From an uncultured Lyngbya sp. (lineage in GTDB: Bacteria > Cyanobacteriota > Cyanobacteriia > Cyanobacteriales > Microcoleaceae), in assembly GCA_964571155.1 (NCBI GenBank), contig CAZNCM010000001.1, positions 291 through 64,290 on the forward strand: 64,000 nt of DNA, given 5' to 3'. Each line of letters opens with the position of its first letter. Positions within the stretch are counted from its first letter, which is position 1. Positions 10,719-21,216 of the stretch are shown here, in pieces. The translations under genes and the position numbers were made by a program. The notes beneath the pieces are model-generated. The model saw only the letters and a program-made list of their open reading frames with translations, was not told where the DNA came from and did not search any database.

Positions 10719-11678
10719 ATGAATACATCACTCAAACAATTTGCTAAATCTTTGCACTTAGGAGTTGTCGCTTATCAGCTTTACTACGCTCCTAAAGGTT
10801 TGATTCAAAAATATATACATCGAGATCCGATTAAGCGTGCAATAGATGAACAAGCCCGTCAACAGATGGAAGCAGCAGCTTATCAACTTAAACCTATTGA
10901 AATAAAAAGTTCAGACCCTCCTCTAGAAATTCACTTTTTAACAGGTCGAAAGTTTTGGTATCAAACTTGTTTTTGTGCTTACTCTATGGCACTGCGTTCT
11001 AATCATAATATCAGACCTATAGTTTATGATGATGGAACTTTAGAAAATCAGTATATTGAACAAATTCAGCGAATTTTTCCTGGTGCAAAAGTTAATTTTT
11101 TAACTAAAATAGAAGAACGCCTAGATGAATATTTGCCTGTGAGTAAGTTTCCTTATCTCAGAGAACGTCGTGCCAACTATCCTAATATGCGGAAGCTCAC
11201 TGATATTCATATTGGTTCTTCTGGATGGAAGCTAGTATTAGACTCAGATATGATCTTTTTTCAAACTCCAACGTGTTTAATAGAGTGGCTAAAGTCTCCA
11301 AATAAACCTTGTCATATGGTAGACATAGAGACTTGCTATGGTTATTCAGAAACCTTAATGAAATCTTTGGCTGGAACGGAAATACCTCAACGTTTAAATG
11401 TTGGAATTTGTGGATTAAAGAGTGATGAGATTGACTGGGAAAAGCTCGAATTTTGGTGCAGAACTTTGATTGAAAAGGAAGGAACTCATTACTATCAAGA
11501 ACAGGCTATTACTGCAATACTGATGGCAGCTAAGAGTTGTGAAATTGCTCCAGAAAAAGATTATATCGTCATGCCCGATCAACAAGAGGTTATTAGTCCA
11601 ACAGCAATTTTACATCATTATGTCGCTGACTCTAAGCCCTGGTATTTTCGCCATGCTTGGAAGCATATTATTAAGTAA
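10719..11678 (+). CDS. GT-A fold glycosyltransferase
   Basis: YDDG, LDSD (DxD), LNVGICG, EQA, HY motifs; operon context. Confidence 0.65.
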   Translation: MNTSLKQFAKSLHLGVVAYQLYYAPKGLIQKYIHRDPIKRAIDEQARQQMEAAAYQLKPIEIKSSDPPLEIHFLTGRKFWYQTCFCAYSMALRSNHNIRPIVYDDGTLENQYIEQIQRIFPGAKVNFLTKIEERLDEYLPVSKFPYLRERRANYPNMRKLTDIHIGSSGWKLVLDSDMIFFQTPTCLIEWLKSPNKPCHMVDIETCYGYSETLMKSLAGTEIPQRLNVGICGLKSDEIDWEKLEFWCRTLIEKEGTHYYQEQAITAILMAAKSCEIAPEKDYIVMPDQQEVISPTAILHHYVADSKPWYFRHAWKHIIK

Positions 11679-11736
11679 GAGATCAATAATTTCATAAAAA
11701 ATACTCATTTGAACCTGTAAACTTATACTGATTAAA

Positions 11737-12534
11737 ATGAAAAACAATATTATACAAGGATTATGGATTCAAGGTGAACTGTCTTTAATGGAACAGCTCT
11801 CTATCAAGTCCTTTTTGAAAAATAATCATGAATATCATTTATATATCTATGATGATGTTAAAAATATTCCAGAAGGTACAATCATTAAAGATGGAAATAA
11901 AATTTTACCAGACCATCGGATTTTTACCTATCAGTTTGGATGGGGTAAAGGAGGTTATTCGGGTTTTGCAAATCTTTTTAGATATCATCTTTTGAATACT
12001 AAAGGAGGTTGGTGGGCTGATACTGACGTTATTTGCCTTAAGTCTTTTGATTTCAAATCAGAGTATGTAATCTCATCAAGTTATGAGGGTAAATGGGGAG
12101 AACTTGCTAATAATTGTGTATTAAAACTTCCTCAAAACAGTGAGTTTACAAAGTATTTAATTCAAGAGAGTGAACGAAAATATCCCAATCAAATTAAGTT
12201 TGGAGAAACAGGCCCTCATTTGATTCAAAAAGCAGTCCGAAAATTTAACTATCAACACTATATAGTTTCGCATCAAACATTTTGCCCAATTACCTGGAGA
12301 GCTGTTAGAAAAATAGTTTATCCATATGAACCAATCACGGTTCAAAAACTAACTACAAAAATAAAAGATTTAATTCGTCCCTTAATTAAACCTCAAACTA
12401 GCTCAGGAAGAATCACTAAAAATAGTTATGCTGTTCATTTTTGGAATGAAGTGTGGCGACAGGAGAAACTTTGTAAAAACGGAGTATACGATAAAAATTG
12501 TCTATATGAACGCTTAAAAAATCAATATATGTAG
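11737..12534 (+). CDS. GT32-like (alpha-1,4-glycosyltransferase, DXD) protein
   Basis: FANLFRY..L..KGGWWADTDV, TGP, YAVHFWN. Confidence 0.8.
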   Translation: MKNNIIQGLWIQGELSLMEQLSIKSFLKNNHEYHLYIYDDVKNIPEGTIIKDGNKILPDHRIFTYQFGWGKGGYSGFANLFRYHLLNTKGGWWADTDVICLKSFDFKSEYVISSSYEGKWGELANNCVLKLPQNSEFTKYLIQESERKYPNQIKFGETGPHLIQKAVRKFNYQHYIVSHQTFCPITWRAVRKIVYPYEPITVQKLTTKIKDLIRPLIKPQTSSGRITKNSYAVHFWNEVWRQEKLCKNGVYDKNCLYERLKNQYM

Positions 12535-12586
12535 GGCTATATTTTCCAATTTTTAGTCAAATTTACTTTGAGTTGGATAATAATCA

Positions 12587-12901
12587 ATGAATCAGAAAAG
12601 TCAAATTATTAAAAATAGAAATGCTTGGTTATATACCCTACGGGGCTTTTCAGCAATTTGGGTTATTCTCTATCATCTCAATGGTAGAATTCCTGAACAA
12701 GATAACCTATATTACTATTTTGTTCGCTATCGACAAGGCATCTGGCTAGAGTCTTTACCGCTTCACATTTTTTATGATTTTTCTGTGCTAGTAACTTGTC
12801 TATGTTTATCTTTTTTATTCTATAAATATATTGAAAACCCCGCAATAGCAGCCGGAAAAAAGAGCTTTAACTTCAACTTAAAAACCAATAAAAATTTATG
12901 A
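12587..12901 (+). pseudogene. Acyltransferase-3 (OafA-like) remnant with large internal deletion
   Basis: N-terminal LRGFSAIWVILYH motif joined directly to C-terminal SFLFYKYIENP motif in only 104 aa. Confidence 0.7.
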
Positions 12902-13947
12902 TGAAACCTCTAGTCTCTATTCTTATTCCTTGTTATAATTGTGAACAATGGTTAGCTAAAACTCTAGAATCGGCTTTAGCACAAACCTGGCAACACAAAG
13001 AAATTATTATTGTTGATGATGGTTCTACCGATAATAGCTTGTCAGTTGCCCAACGCTTTGAATCGCCAACTGTTAAAGTCATTCATCAGAAAAATCAAGG
13101 TCAAAGTGCTGCCGAAAATAGAGCTTTACAAGAAGCTCAAGGAGATTTTATTCAATATTTAGATGCTGATGATCTTTTATCTCCTGATAAAATCGAACGT
13201 CAAATTAAACTTATCGGTGATAGCAATTCAGAATTTGTTGCAGCAGGGGAATGGTCAAGATTCTACAAATCACCTCAAGAAGCTCTGTTTATTCCTCAAC
13301 CCTTATGGAATAACTTTGCTCCAATTGACTGGCTTATTTGTGCTTGGGAAAATCATAATATGATGCACGGAGCAGCATGGCTAATTCCTAGAAATATTTC
13401 TGAAAAAGCTGGTTTATGGGATGAAAGACTATCTCTAATTAATGACTTTGACTACTTTAGCAGAATTTTATTAGCGAGTCAGGGAGTTAGGTTTTGTTGG
13501 GGTGCTAAAACTTATTATAGATCTGGGAATTCAGGAAGTTTAAGCGGCTCAAAATCTCGTTCGGCTTGGGAATCTGCATTTTTATCTTTAGACAAGGGTA
13601 CAAGCAATCTTTTAGCGACTGAAAATAGTCCTCGCACTCGCCATGTTTGTGCAACTGTTTTTCAACGTTTTATTTATGAAGTGTATCCAGATGTTTCAGA
13701 CTTAGCCCAAAAAGCAGAAGCAAAAGTTCAGCAATTTGGTGGGTCTAGTCTTCAAGCTGCTGGCGGTCCAATGTTTCAATCTTTATCTCGTATTTTAGGC
13801 TGGAAATCAGCAAAACGAATTCAAAATTTGGTGTATCAATACGGTTACGGCGAAGCAGCTTTAGGGTGGAGGTTTACCAAACTTAAGCAAAGATTAGTTT
13901 GTCGCTTAAGTCCAAATTTAGTTCAATCATCTGAAAATAAAAGTTAA
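12898..13947 (+). CDS. Glycosyltransferase family 2
   Basis: VSILIPCYN, VDDGSTD, YLDADD. Confidence 0.9.
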   Translation: MMKPLVSILIPCYNCEQWLAKTLESALAQTWQHKEIIIVDDGSTDNSLSVAQRFESPTVKVIHQKNQGQSAAENRALQEAQGDFIQYLDADDLLSPDKIERQIKLIGDSNSEFVAAGEWSRFYKSPQEALFIPQPLWNNFAPIDWLICAWENHNMMHGAAWLIPRNISEKAGLWDERLSLINDFDYFSRILLASQGVRFCWGAKTYYRSGNSGSLSGSKSRSAWESAFLSLDKGTSNLLATENSPRTRHVCATVFQRFIYEVYPDVSDLAQKAEAKVQQFGGSSLQAAGGPMFQSLSRILGWKSAKRIQNLVYQYGYGEAALGWRFTKLKQRLVCRLSPNLVQSSENKS

Positions 13948-13970
13948 TAAAAACAGGAAAATATTGATGT

Positions 13971-14843
13971 ATGAGAATGCCAAACTTTATTATACTAGGA
14001 ACTCCCAAAGCAGGTACAACAGCAATTTATAACTATCTTAAACAACACCCACAAATTTATATGCCTCCGTTCAAAGAACCCCATTTTTTCTCTTTTGAGG
14101 GAGAACAAAAGCCCCATTGGGGTATCAAAACACTTGAAGATTACCAAGCTTTATTTCAAGATTCGACATCTAAGCAAATCATTGGTGAAGCATCGACTTG
14201 GTATCTCTATAGTCAAACCGCCGCCGGACGTATTCGACATCATATACCGGATGTGAAATTGATTGCAATTCTTCGTAACCCTATCGAACGAGCTTATTCA
14301 AGCTGGGCATTTCGAGTTCAATGTGGTTGGGAATCTATTACTGATTTCAAACAAGCATTACAAGCAGAACCTCAGCGCATTTGTGAAAACTATGAATGGG
14401 ATTTTCATTATTTAAAAACAGGATTTTACTCTGAACAAATTAAACGCTATTTTGATGTTTTTACACAGGATCAACTAAAAATTATTATTTATGAGAATTT
14501 TAAGGCAGATCCGGTTAAAACTCTAAAAGATATTTATAAATTTATTGGAGTAGATGAAACCTTTCTTCCCGACATCTATACTAAACACAATGTCACTTAT
14601 TTACCTAAAAATAATTTTATTAATTTAATAATTAATCGAAAAAGTCTCGCTAAAGATATTATCAAATCTATTATTCCTCAGCAGCTCACCCAAGCGATTG
14701 CTCATCAGCTCAGGAAAGATAATAAAGTGCAGCTTCCCCCATTATCTTTAAAGGTTAAACAAGATTATCTAGCTCTTTATCAACAAGATATTTCTGAACT
14801 TGAAAATTTGATTAATTGTGATCTGACAGTCTGGAAACAATAA
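13971..14843 (+). CDS. Sulfotransferase (Sulfotransfer_1-like)
   Basis: PNFIILGTPKAGTT, KEPHFF, GEAST.Y, LRNPIERAYS. Confidence 0.88.
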   Translation: MRMPNFIILGTPKAGTTAIYNYLKQHPQIYMPPFKEPHFFSFEGEQKPHWGIKTLEDYQALFQDSTSKQIIGEASTWYLYSQTAAGRIRHHIPDVKLIAILRNPIERAYSSWAFRVQCGWESITDFKQALQAEPQRICENYEWDFHYLKTGFYSEQIKRYFDVFTQDQLKIIIYENFKADPVKTLKDIYKFIGVDETFLPDIYTKHNVTYLPKNNFINLIINRKSLAKDIIKSIIPQQLTQAIAHQLRKDNKVQLPPLSLKVKQDYLALYQQDISELENLINCDLTVWKQ

Positions 14844-14855
14844 ATAACTAATTAA

Positions 14856-16085
14856 ATGGCAAAAATTTTAATTCTGATTGGTGGTCATCTTTGTACCGCA
14901 CCTAGACCTCAAAAAGAAGCAGATGCTTTAGCGGCAGCCGGACATGAAGTAATCGTGCGGGGCTTTTGGTTTAATCCTGAACTGATAAAACGCGATCACC
15001 TCATTTTATCAGAAAAAAAATGGCAATTTTTACCAATTATTGACTTTCAACCTGATCATAAAATTAACAATTTTAAAGTCCGACTACAAGCTAGAATTGC
15101 TAAAGAAAAATATCAACGATTTAGCATATTCTCACCGGATTTATTCGGCTATGGTGCGACTGCTATGCTGCAAGTTGCCCGTCAAACTCAAGCTGATTTA
15201 ACCATCGTTCATTCTGAAGTTGGGCTTTGGGTAGGCAATCAACTTTTAAATAAAGGTTTTCGTGTGGGAGTTGATTTTGAAGATTGGTTTTCAGAAGATT
15301 TGCTTCCCTCTGCCCGTGCAACTAGACCCATTAATCAACTTAAAATATTGGAACGTCGTCTGGCTAAAGATTGTATTTATTGTTTGACTACTTCTCATGC
15401 TCTTGCTGACACTTTTTCTGAGGCTTATCAAGTACCTAACCCCATAGTAATTTATAATACATTTTCATGGAAAGAATGCTCATACTATGATGGAAAAACA
15501 CTCGATAAAATCAACTCAAAACTTCCTTCTTTGCATTGGTTTTCTCAAACAATCGGGCCGGGACGAGGCTTAGAAATCTTATTTCAAGCTTTACCCTATC
15601 TCCAGACACCTGTTGAAATTCATTTGCGAGGTCACTATCCAGAAACAGCACAGCAATGGCTACAACAGCAAGTCACTGATGAGTGGCATGATCGCATTTT
15701 TATTCACCCCACTGTTCCCAACTTTGAGTTATTATCTCGAATTGCTGAACATGATATTGGTTTAGCGCTAGAACAACCTCATATTCCCAGTCGAAATCTT
15801 ACTATTACCAATAAATTTTTTCAATATTTACAAGCAGGTTTAGCGATTATTGCCACTGAGACAGCAGGACAGAAAGAGATTTTTCAGCAATGTCCTGAAA
15901 TTGGAAAGTTACTTCCTAATAATCATCCAACTACCTTAGCTCAAGCTATTGAAAACTTACTCAAAAATCCAGACCAGTTAGCCATTACTAAAGCGGCTGC
16001 ACTGCAAGCAGCTCAAAATAAATTTTGCTGGGAAAAACAAGTTAACGTGCTATTAAAAAGAGCTGAACAGGCATTAGCTCGGTAA
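14856..16085 (+). CDS. Glycosyltransferase family 4
   Basis: GT-B fold; HDIGLALE...TNKFFQYLQAGL. Confidence 0.8.
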   Translation: MAKILILIGGHLCTAPRPQKEADALAAAGHEVIVRGFWFNPELIKRDHLILSEKKWQFLPIIDFQPDHKINNFKVRLQARIAKEKYQRFSIFSPDLFGYGATAMLQVARQTQADLTIVHSEVGLWVGNQLLNKGFRVGVDFEDWFSEDLLPSARATRPINQLKILERRLAKDCIYCLTTSHALADTFSEAYQVPNPIVIYNTFSWKECSYYDGKTLDKINSKLPSLHWFSQTIGPGRGLEILFQALPYLQTPVEIHLRGHYPETAQQWLQQQVTDEWHDRIFIHPTVPNFELLSRIAEHDIGLALEQPHIPSRNLTITNKFFQYLQAGLAIIATETAGQKEIFQQCPEIGKLLPNNHPTTLAQAIENLLKNPDQLAITKAAALQAAQNKFCWEKQVNVLLKRAEQALAR

Positions 16086-16170
16086 AATTTATTTTTTAAC
16101 CTAACTTTTCCGGATCTGGAAGTTAGAGCTTGTTTTTTGAATATAGAAGTATAGTGGAGAAAGCTGAGAC

Positions 16171-16917
16171 GTGAGTGAAAAAACAGTAGCTAACTCAATG
16201 ACTCTAAAGCAACGCTTTGGTGCATGGTTTATTCCTAGACTTTTTATTAATCGTCATGTTTTTAATCACATTCGGCTTGAACTTAATGCTTTACGAGTGC
16301 GTATTTTATCTCAACTTAATCCAAGACGAAAAGCAAAAATTTCTTATTTACGACAGCAGAATGATCTATTCATTAATATAGGTTGTGGCTCTTTTGGTCA
16401 TCCAAACTGGATTAATCTTGATTTGTTTCCTCATCCGAATGTAACTCTTATTGCTGATTGTCGGCGTTGGCTTCCTTTTAGAGATTCATCATGTTTAGGC
16501 ATTCATGTAGAGCATTTTATTGAACACCTTAATCCCCTAGATGAGCGTTTACAATTCTTGCAAGAATGTCGTCGATGTCTACAACCCAATGGTGTTTTAC
16601 GGGTGATTGTTCCTGATGCTGAACTTTATATCAAAGCTTATTTGGAGTCCGGATGGGATACACTGAATCAAATTGGTTGTGGTGGAGAGAAACCTGAAAC
16701 TGTTTTTAAAACAAAAATGGATGCTTTAAACCATGTTTTTATTCAAGAATGGGAACATTATGGTGGATATGATGCAGAAAGTTTAGAGCAAACTATTAAA
16801 GATGCAGGCTTCAAACAAATTACTCGTTGGAGTTGGCAACAAGGTGACTTTCCTGGAGGTTGTATTGACCGTGATCAACATCGTCTGTACTCTTTGTATT
16901 TTGAAGCAAAGCTCTAA
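16171..16917 (+). CDS. Class I SAM-dependent methyltransferase
   Basis: INIGCG motif I, EHFIEHL, RCLQPNGVLRVIVPD. Confidence 0.85.
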   Translation: MSEKTVANSMTLKQRFGAWFIPRLFINRHVFNHIRLELNALRVRILSQLNPRRKAKISYLRQQNDLFINIGCGSFGHPNWINLDLFPHPNVTLIADCRRWLPFRDSSCLGIHVEHFIEHLNPLDERLQFLQECRRCLQPNGVLRVIVPDAELYIKAYLESGWDTLNQIGCGGEKPETVFKTKMDALNHVFIQEWEHYGGYDAESLEQTIKDAGFKQITRWSWQQGDFPGGCIDRDQHRLYSLYFEAKL

Positions 16918-17201
16918 TTTAATCCAAACTTTGGAACACTTTTGATCGCTAGATTTTATTTATCCTTTATTAGATTTTACCAAAACAAAAGCAAAATTGA
17001 ACTAATAAAATAGTCTCTCATTCTGAAAAAAAGTTAAATAAAGAATGTAAATTGTTTGAAAATGTCTTTGATTATTTAAACAATAAAAATTTAAAATTTT
17101 CCGGGTTTTATGAAATTTTTCGTTGGGGAGCTGACAAAAGATATTTTGGATTTTGTAACGCTTTATTTGTAAAATGCAGTCTATAGATAGATTGAACAAA
17201 A

Positions 17202-18263
17202 ATGAAAAAAATTCTTCTAACAGCCGATCCTGAACTTCCAGTTCCTCCAAAACTTTATGGGGGAATTGAACGGATTGTTGATCTATTAATTACTGAATTA
17301 CGGTCTCGGGGTTATACGATTGGACTGGTCGCTCATAGCGATTCTACTTCACCCGCTCATTATCATTTTGCATGGCCTGGTTTGCGTTCTCAAGATCAAT
17401 TAGATGCTCTAAAAAATACAGTAACATTATGGTCGGCTGTTCAACAATTTCAACCTGATATTCTCCATAGTTTTTCTCGTGTTCTTTATCTATTACCATT
17501 GCTAAAATCTCCTCTCCCCAAAATTATGTCTTATCAACGTGCAACAGGAGGAGCATCTGTTAAATGGGCAGCTAAACTTGCACAAAATACCCTCACTTTT
17601 ACAGGTTGTAGTAATTATATTTGTCGTCAAGGACTCAGTGCAGGAGGTGTTTGGAATACCATTTATAATTGTGTGGAAACCGAAAAATACACCTTTCAGC
17701 CTCATGTTGCTGACGATGCACCGTTAGTATTTCTTAGTCGTATAGAACCTATAAAAGGCGCACACACCGCAATCAAAGTTGCATATAAAACTGGACGACG
17801 CCTGTTAATTGCCGGAAATTATAGCACGATAGGTGAAGCAGGAAACTATTGGGAAAACGCAATTCTTCCCCATCTTGGTAAAAATGGAATTGAATACGTT
17901 GGCACCGTTAATGATGAGCAAAAAAATGACCTTTTAGGTCAGGCAGCGGCGATGATTGTTCCGATTGAATGGGAAGAACCTTTTGGCATTGTATTTGCAG
18001 AAGCGCTTGCCTGTGGAACACCAGTGATTTCTTGTCCAAGAGGTGCATTACCTGAAATTGTGCGTCCGGGAATTGATGGTTATCTGATTAACACTATAGA
18101 AGAAGCTTGTCTGGCAGTGAAAAATCTGACAAAAATTGATCGTTATAACTGCCGTCAACGCGCTCAAAAATGTTTTTCTGCTTCCACAATAGTAGACCAA
18201 TATGAGCAACTTTATCATCGTCTAGTCAGTACAATCTCAGAAAAAACTCTGATGGATTGGTGA
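17202..18263 (+). CDS. Glycosyltransferase family 4
   Basis: PVPPKLYGGIER, RIEPIKG, EEPFGIVFAEALACGTPV. Confidence 0.9.
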   Translation: MKKILLTADPELPVPPKLYGGIERIVDLLITELRSRGYTIGLVAHSDSTSPAHYHFAWPGLRSQDQLDALKNTVTLWSAVQQFQPDILHSFSRVLYLLPLLKSPLPKIMSYQRATGGASVKWAAKLAQNTLTFTGCSNYICRQGLSAGGVWNTIYNCVETEKYTFQPHVADDAPLVFLSRIEPIKGAHTAIKVAYKTGRRLLIAGNYSTIGEAGNYWENAILPHLGKNGIEYVGTVNDEQKNDLLGQAAAMIVPIEWEEPFGIVFAEALACGTPVISCPRGALPEIVRPGIDGYLINTIEEACLAVKNLTKIDRYNCRQRAQKCFSASTIVDQYEQLYHRLVSTISEKTLMDW

Positions 18264-18376
18264 TTTAAACTCTAAATTATTCTAAAGTTTTCCGGATATA
18301 TTTGCGATTTATTGTGATCTGTAGTGGAGAGTTTATATCCAAACGTTCATTTGGAACAATTTTAGAGGAACCAACA

Positions 18377-19696
18377 TTGAACCGTAAAATTTTAATTATC
18401 AGTCCTTATTTTCCCCCCATTAACGCACCCGATCATCAACGGGTTAGAATGGGATTACCCTATTTTCAAAAATTGGGTTGGGAACCTCTAATTTTAACAG
18501 TACGCCCCGACTGCGTTGAAGGAACAATAGACCCATTACTCACTCAAACTATACCTGAAAATACTTCGATTACTCAGATTAACGCATTACCTGTAAAATA
18601 TACTCGTCGGCTGGGATTAAGCAATATTGGTTGGCGATGTCTTCCCTATTTATTTGCCACAGGTCAGCGAATACTAAGCACACAAAAAATAGATTTAATT
18701 TATTTCTCTACAACGGTCTTTATAACAATGGCATTAGCCCCTTTGTGGTTTCGTCGTTTTAAAATCCCTTATATCCTCGATTTTCAAGATCCTTGGTTAA
18801 ATGACTATGGGAAAAAATATGGATACGATCAACCCCCCGGAGGTCAATTTAAGTATGGCTTTGCTCAACAAGTAGCACAAGTTTTAGAGCCATTTACAAT
18901 GCGTAAAGTTAGTCATATTATTAGTGTTTCTACGGCTTATCCAAAAACATTACTGGAGCGATATTTTTGGCTGAAAGAAGATCAATTTACAGTTTTACCC
19001 TTTGGTGCGCCAGAAAAAGATTTTGAGCTACTTCCTCAGTTAAAAGTTAAGCAAACTATTTTTAATTCCCATGATGGTAAACGCCATTGGGTGTATGTCG
19101 GTCGTGGCGGAAGCGATATGGCATTGGCGTTGCGGGGCTTATTTTTAGGGATTAAATCAGAACGTACTCGCTATCCCGAATATTGGAACTCAATCAAATT
19201 ACATTTTGTAGGAACCAGTTATGCTGCGGGTGAACGAGCAACCAAAACAGTTGAACCAATAGCTGAAGAATTTGGAATAAATGATTTAGTTGAAGAATAT
19301 CCTAATCGTGTTCCTTACTTTGAAGCTTTACAACTTTTAGTAGAGAGTGATGGTATTCTATTAATTGGTTCTAACAACCCAGATTATACTGCTTCTAAAC
19401 TGTATCCTTGTATATTAGCTCATAAACCGATTTTAGCTTTATTTCATCAACAGAGTTCAGTCGTAGAAATTCTTAAAAATTGTCAAGCAGGTCGAATCAT
19501 TTCTTTTGATTCTCACGACAGTCCTACTGATTTACTTCCCCAAGTTACTGAGCAATTAAATTGGTTGATTTCAACTCCGAAGGAATATGAACCTGAAACA
19601 AATTGGTTAGCTTTTAAACCCTACACAGCACAAGAAATGACTCGACAGCAATGTGCTGTATTTGATCGAGTTATAAGTAATTCGTCATTATCTTAG
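18377..19696 (+). CDS. Glycosyltransferase family 4 (start reassigned to TTG 18377)
   Basis: KILIISPYFPP N-terminus follows AGAGGA RBS; DFQDPW; ASKLYP. Confidence 0.75.
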   Translation: MNRKILIISPYFPPINAPDHQRVRMGLPYFQKLGWEPLILTVRPDCVEGTIDPLLTQTIPENTSITQINALPVKYTRRLGLSNIGWRCLPYLFATGQRILSTQKIDLIYFSTTVFITMALAPLWFRRFKIPYILDFQDPWLNDYGKKYGYDQPPGGQFKYGFAQQVAQVLEPFTMRKVSHIISVSTAYPKTLLERYFWLKEDQFTVLPFGAPEKDFELLPQLKVKQTIFNSHDGKRHWVYVGRGGSDMALALRGLFLGIKSERTRYPEYWNSIKLHFVGTSYAAGERATKTVEPIAEEFGINDLVEEYPNRVPYFEALQLLVESDGILLIGSNNPDYTASKLYPCILAHKPILALFHQQSSVVEILKNCQAGRIISFDSHDSPTDLLPQVTEQLNWLISTPKEYEPETNWLAFKPYTAQEMTRQQCAVFDRVISNSSLS

Positions 19697-19701
19697 TTTA
19701 T

Positions 19702-21216
19702 ATGAGCTTATATCATCAAGTTATTGCACTTTATCAAAAAGCTCAATCCCAACTCATTCGCTGGGAAAGACGACGTTTACTTCAGACTTTTTGGATTGGG
19801 GTTGGTGTATTTTTTGTTCAAAATGCCCAATCTTTGCAAACTAATGATCTACTCGTTAGTTTAGCTGCTATTTTAGTAAGTATTGCATCCTTATATCCGA
19901 TGTATCTTTGGTGTTCTGGAAAAGCATTAGGAATGCCAATTTTTCCATTTTTTGCTTTAACTCATTTAAACACCAATGCAATACCTCTACTTAGTAACCA
20001 TCCTCTAGTTATGACTTATTCTCCGGATAGTCAGTTTTATGCGGGAATTACAGTCACTATTCATCTAGCAGTCGGAACTTTTTTTTGGCTAAAAGAGGTT
20101 AAATATAATTCTGCTCCTCCCCTATCTTATCGCGCTCTTATTGATAATAAAGGAGAAAACTTTTTCTTATTAATTTTAGCGGGTGCAGTTTTCTTTAATA
20201 TGTATTCTCGAGGAAAATGGTTCCCTCTGAGTGGCGGATTATTTGCATTAGTGAGAGGCGGAATTTTAGGACTATGTGTATTAGCTGTTTTTATTTTATC
20301 TTATCGTCAAGGAGAGAAAAAACTAACAGGTATAAAATCACAAATTTATGTCGTTTTAATGATTTCTTATTTTCTCAGTAGTGCAGCAGGATTGATTCTT
20401 AGAGATAATGTCGGTGTTTTTTCAGTTGCTTTTATTGCTTTTATTTTGGGAAGTCATCGAATTCCATTAATTACGATTGGAATTGTCTTAGCTTGTCTAA
20501 CAATTCTGCATTATGGCAAGACTGAAATGCGCTCTAAATATTGGTTTGATCAAGGAGGATTCACATTACAACCTTGGGAATATCCAGCTTGGTACAATGA
20601 GTGGATTAGTTATTCATTAGAAAATTTAAACCATGAAGAAAATGAAGAAGCTTCAGAAGAAAGTTCACCCTCTGAGCGATCAAGTATCATTCAAATGCTG
20701 CTTTTAGCTCAGAAAAAATCTCCGTCAGAATATCCCTATTTAATGGGAAAAACTTATCTCATTTTACCTCAGATGATTCTTCCTAGAATTATCTATCCTA
20801 ACAAGCCTCGGAGTCACGAAGGAACTTATATTTTAAGTGTTCATTATGGATTACAAAGTTACCAAGATACCTACAGAACTACAATCGCCTGGGGACTTTT
20901 AGCGGAAGCCTATGCAAACTTTGGATTGATGGGTTGTACTGCACTTGGAATGATTCTAGGAACAGCTTATGGTAAAGTAGCTCGCTGGAGTATGAACACT
21001 TCTATTCTATCATTTCGATCACTTTTTTCTATTCTAATTATTAGTTTTGCAGCTCAAAGTGAATGGTCAGCTAGTGTTTATGTTGCGTCACTCTTTCAAT
21101 CCAGTATGGTTTTAGTAGGGATATCATTTGTCTTTATGAAAGTTATTCCTAATCGTGAACATCCTGTTTTTGAATTAATAGAATATAGTCATTACTACGA
21201 AATTGAAAATGAATAA
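19702..21216 (+). CDS. Polytopic membrane protein, Wzy polymerase/ligase-like
   Basis: About 10-12 hydrophobic segments with a large loop; PR..YPNKP and AEAYANFG..G motifs as in Wzy-like proteins. Confidence 0.55.
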   Translation: MSLYHQVIALYQKAQSQLIRWERRRLLQTFWIGVGVFFVQNAQSLQTNDLLVSLAAILVSIASLYPMYLWCSGKALGMPIFPFFALTHLNTNAIPLLSNHPLVMTYSPDSQFYAGITVTIHLAVGTFFWLKEVKYNSAPPLSYRALIDNKGENFFLLILAGAVFFNMYSRGKWFPLSGGLFALVRGGILGLCVLAVFILSYRQGEKKLTGIKSQIYVVLMISYFLSSAAGLILRDNVGVFSVAFIAFILGSHRIPLITIGIVLACLTILHYGKTEMRSKYWFDQGGFTLQPWEYPAWYNEWISYSLENLNHEENEEASEESSPSERSSIIQMLLLAQKKSPSEYPYLMGKTYLILPQMILPRIIYPNKPRSHEGTYILSVHYGLQSYQDTYRTTIAWGLLAEAYANFGLMGCTALGMILGTAYGKVARWSMNTSILSFRSLFSILIISFAAQSEWSASVYVASLFQSSMVLVGISFVFMKVIPNREHPVFELIEYSHYYEIENE

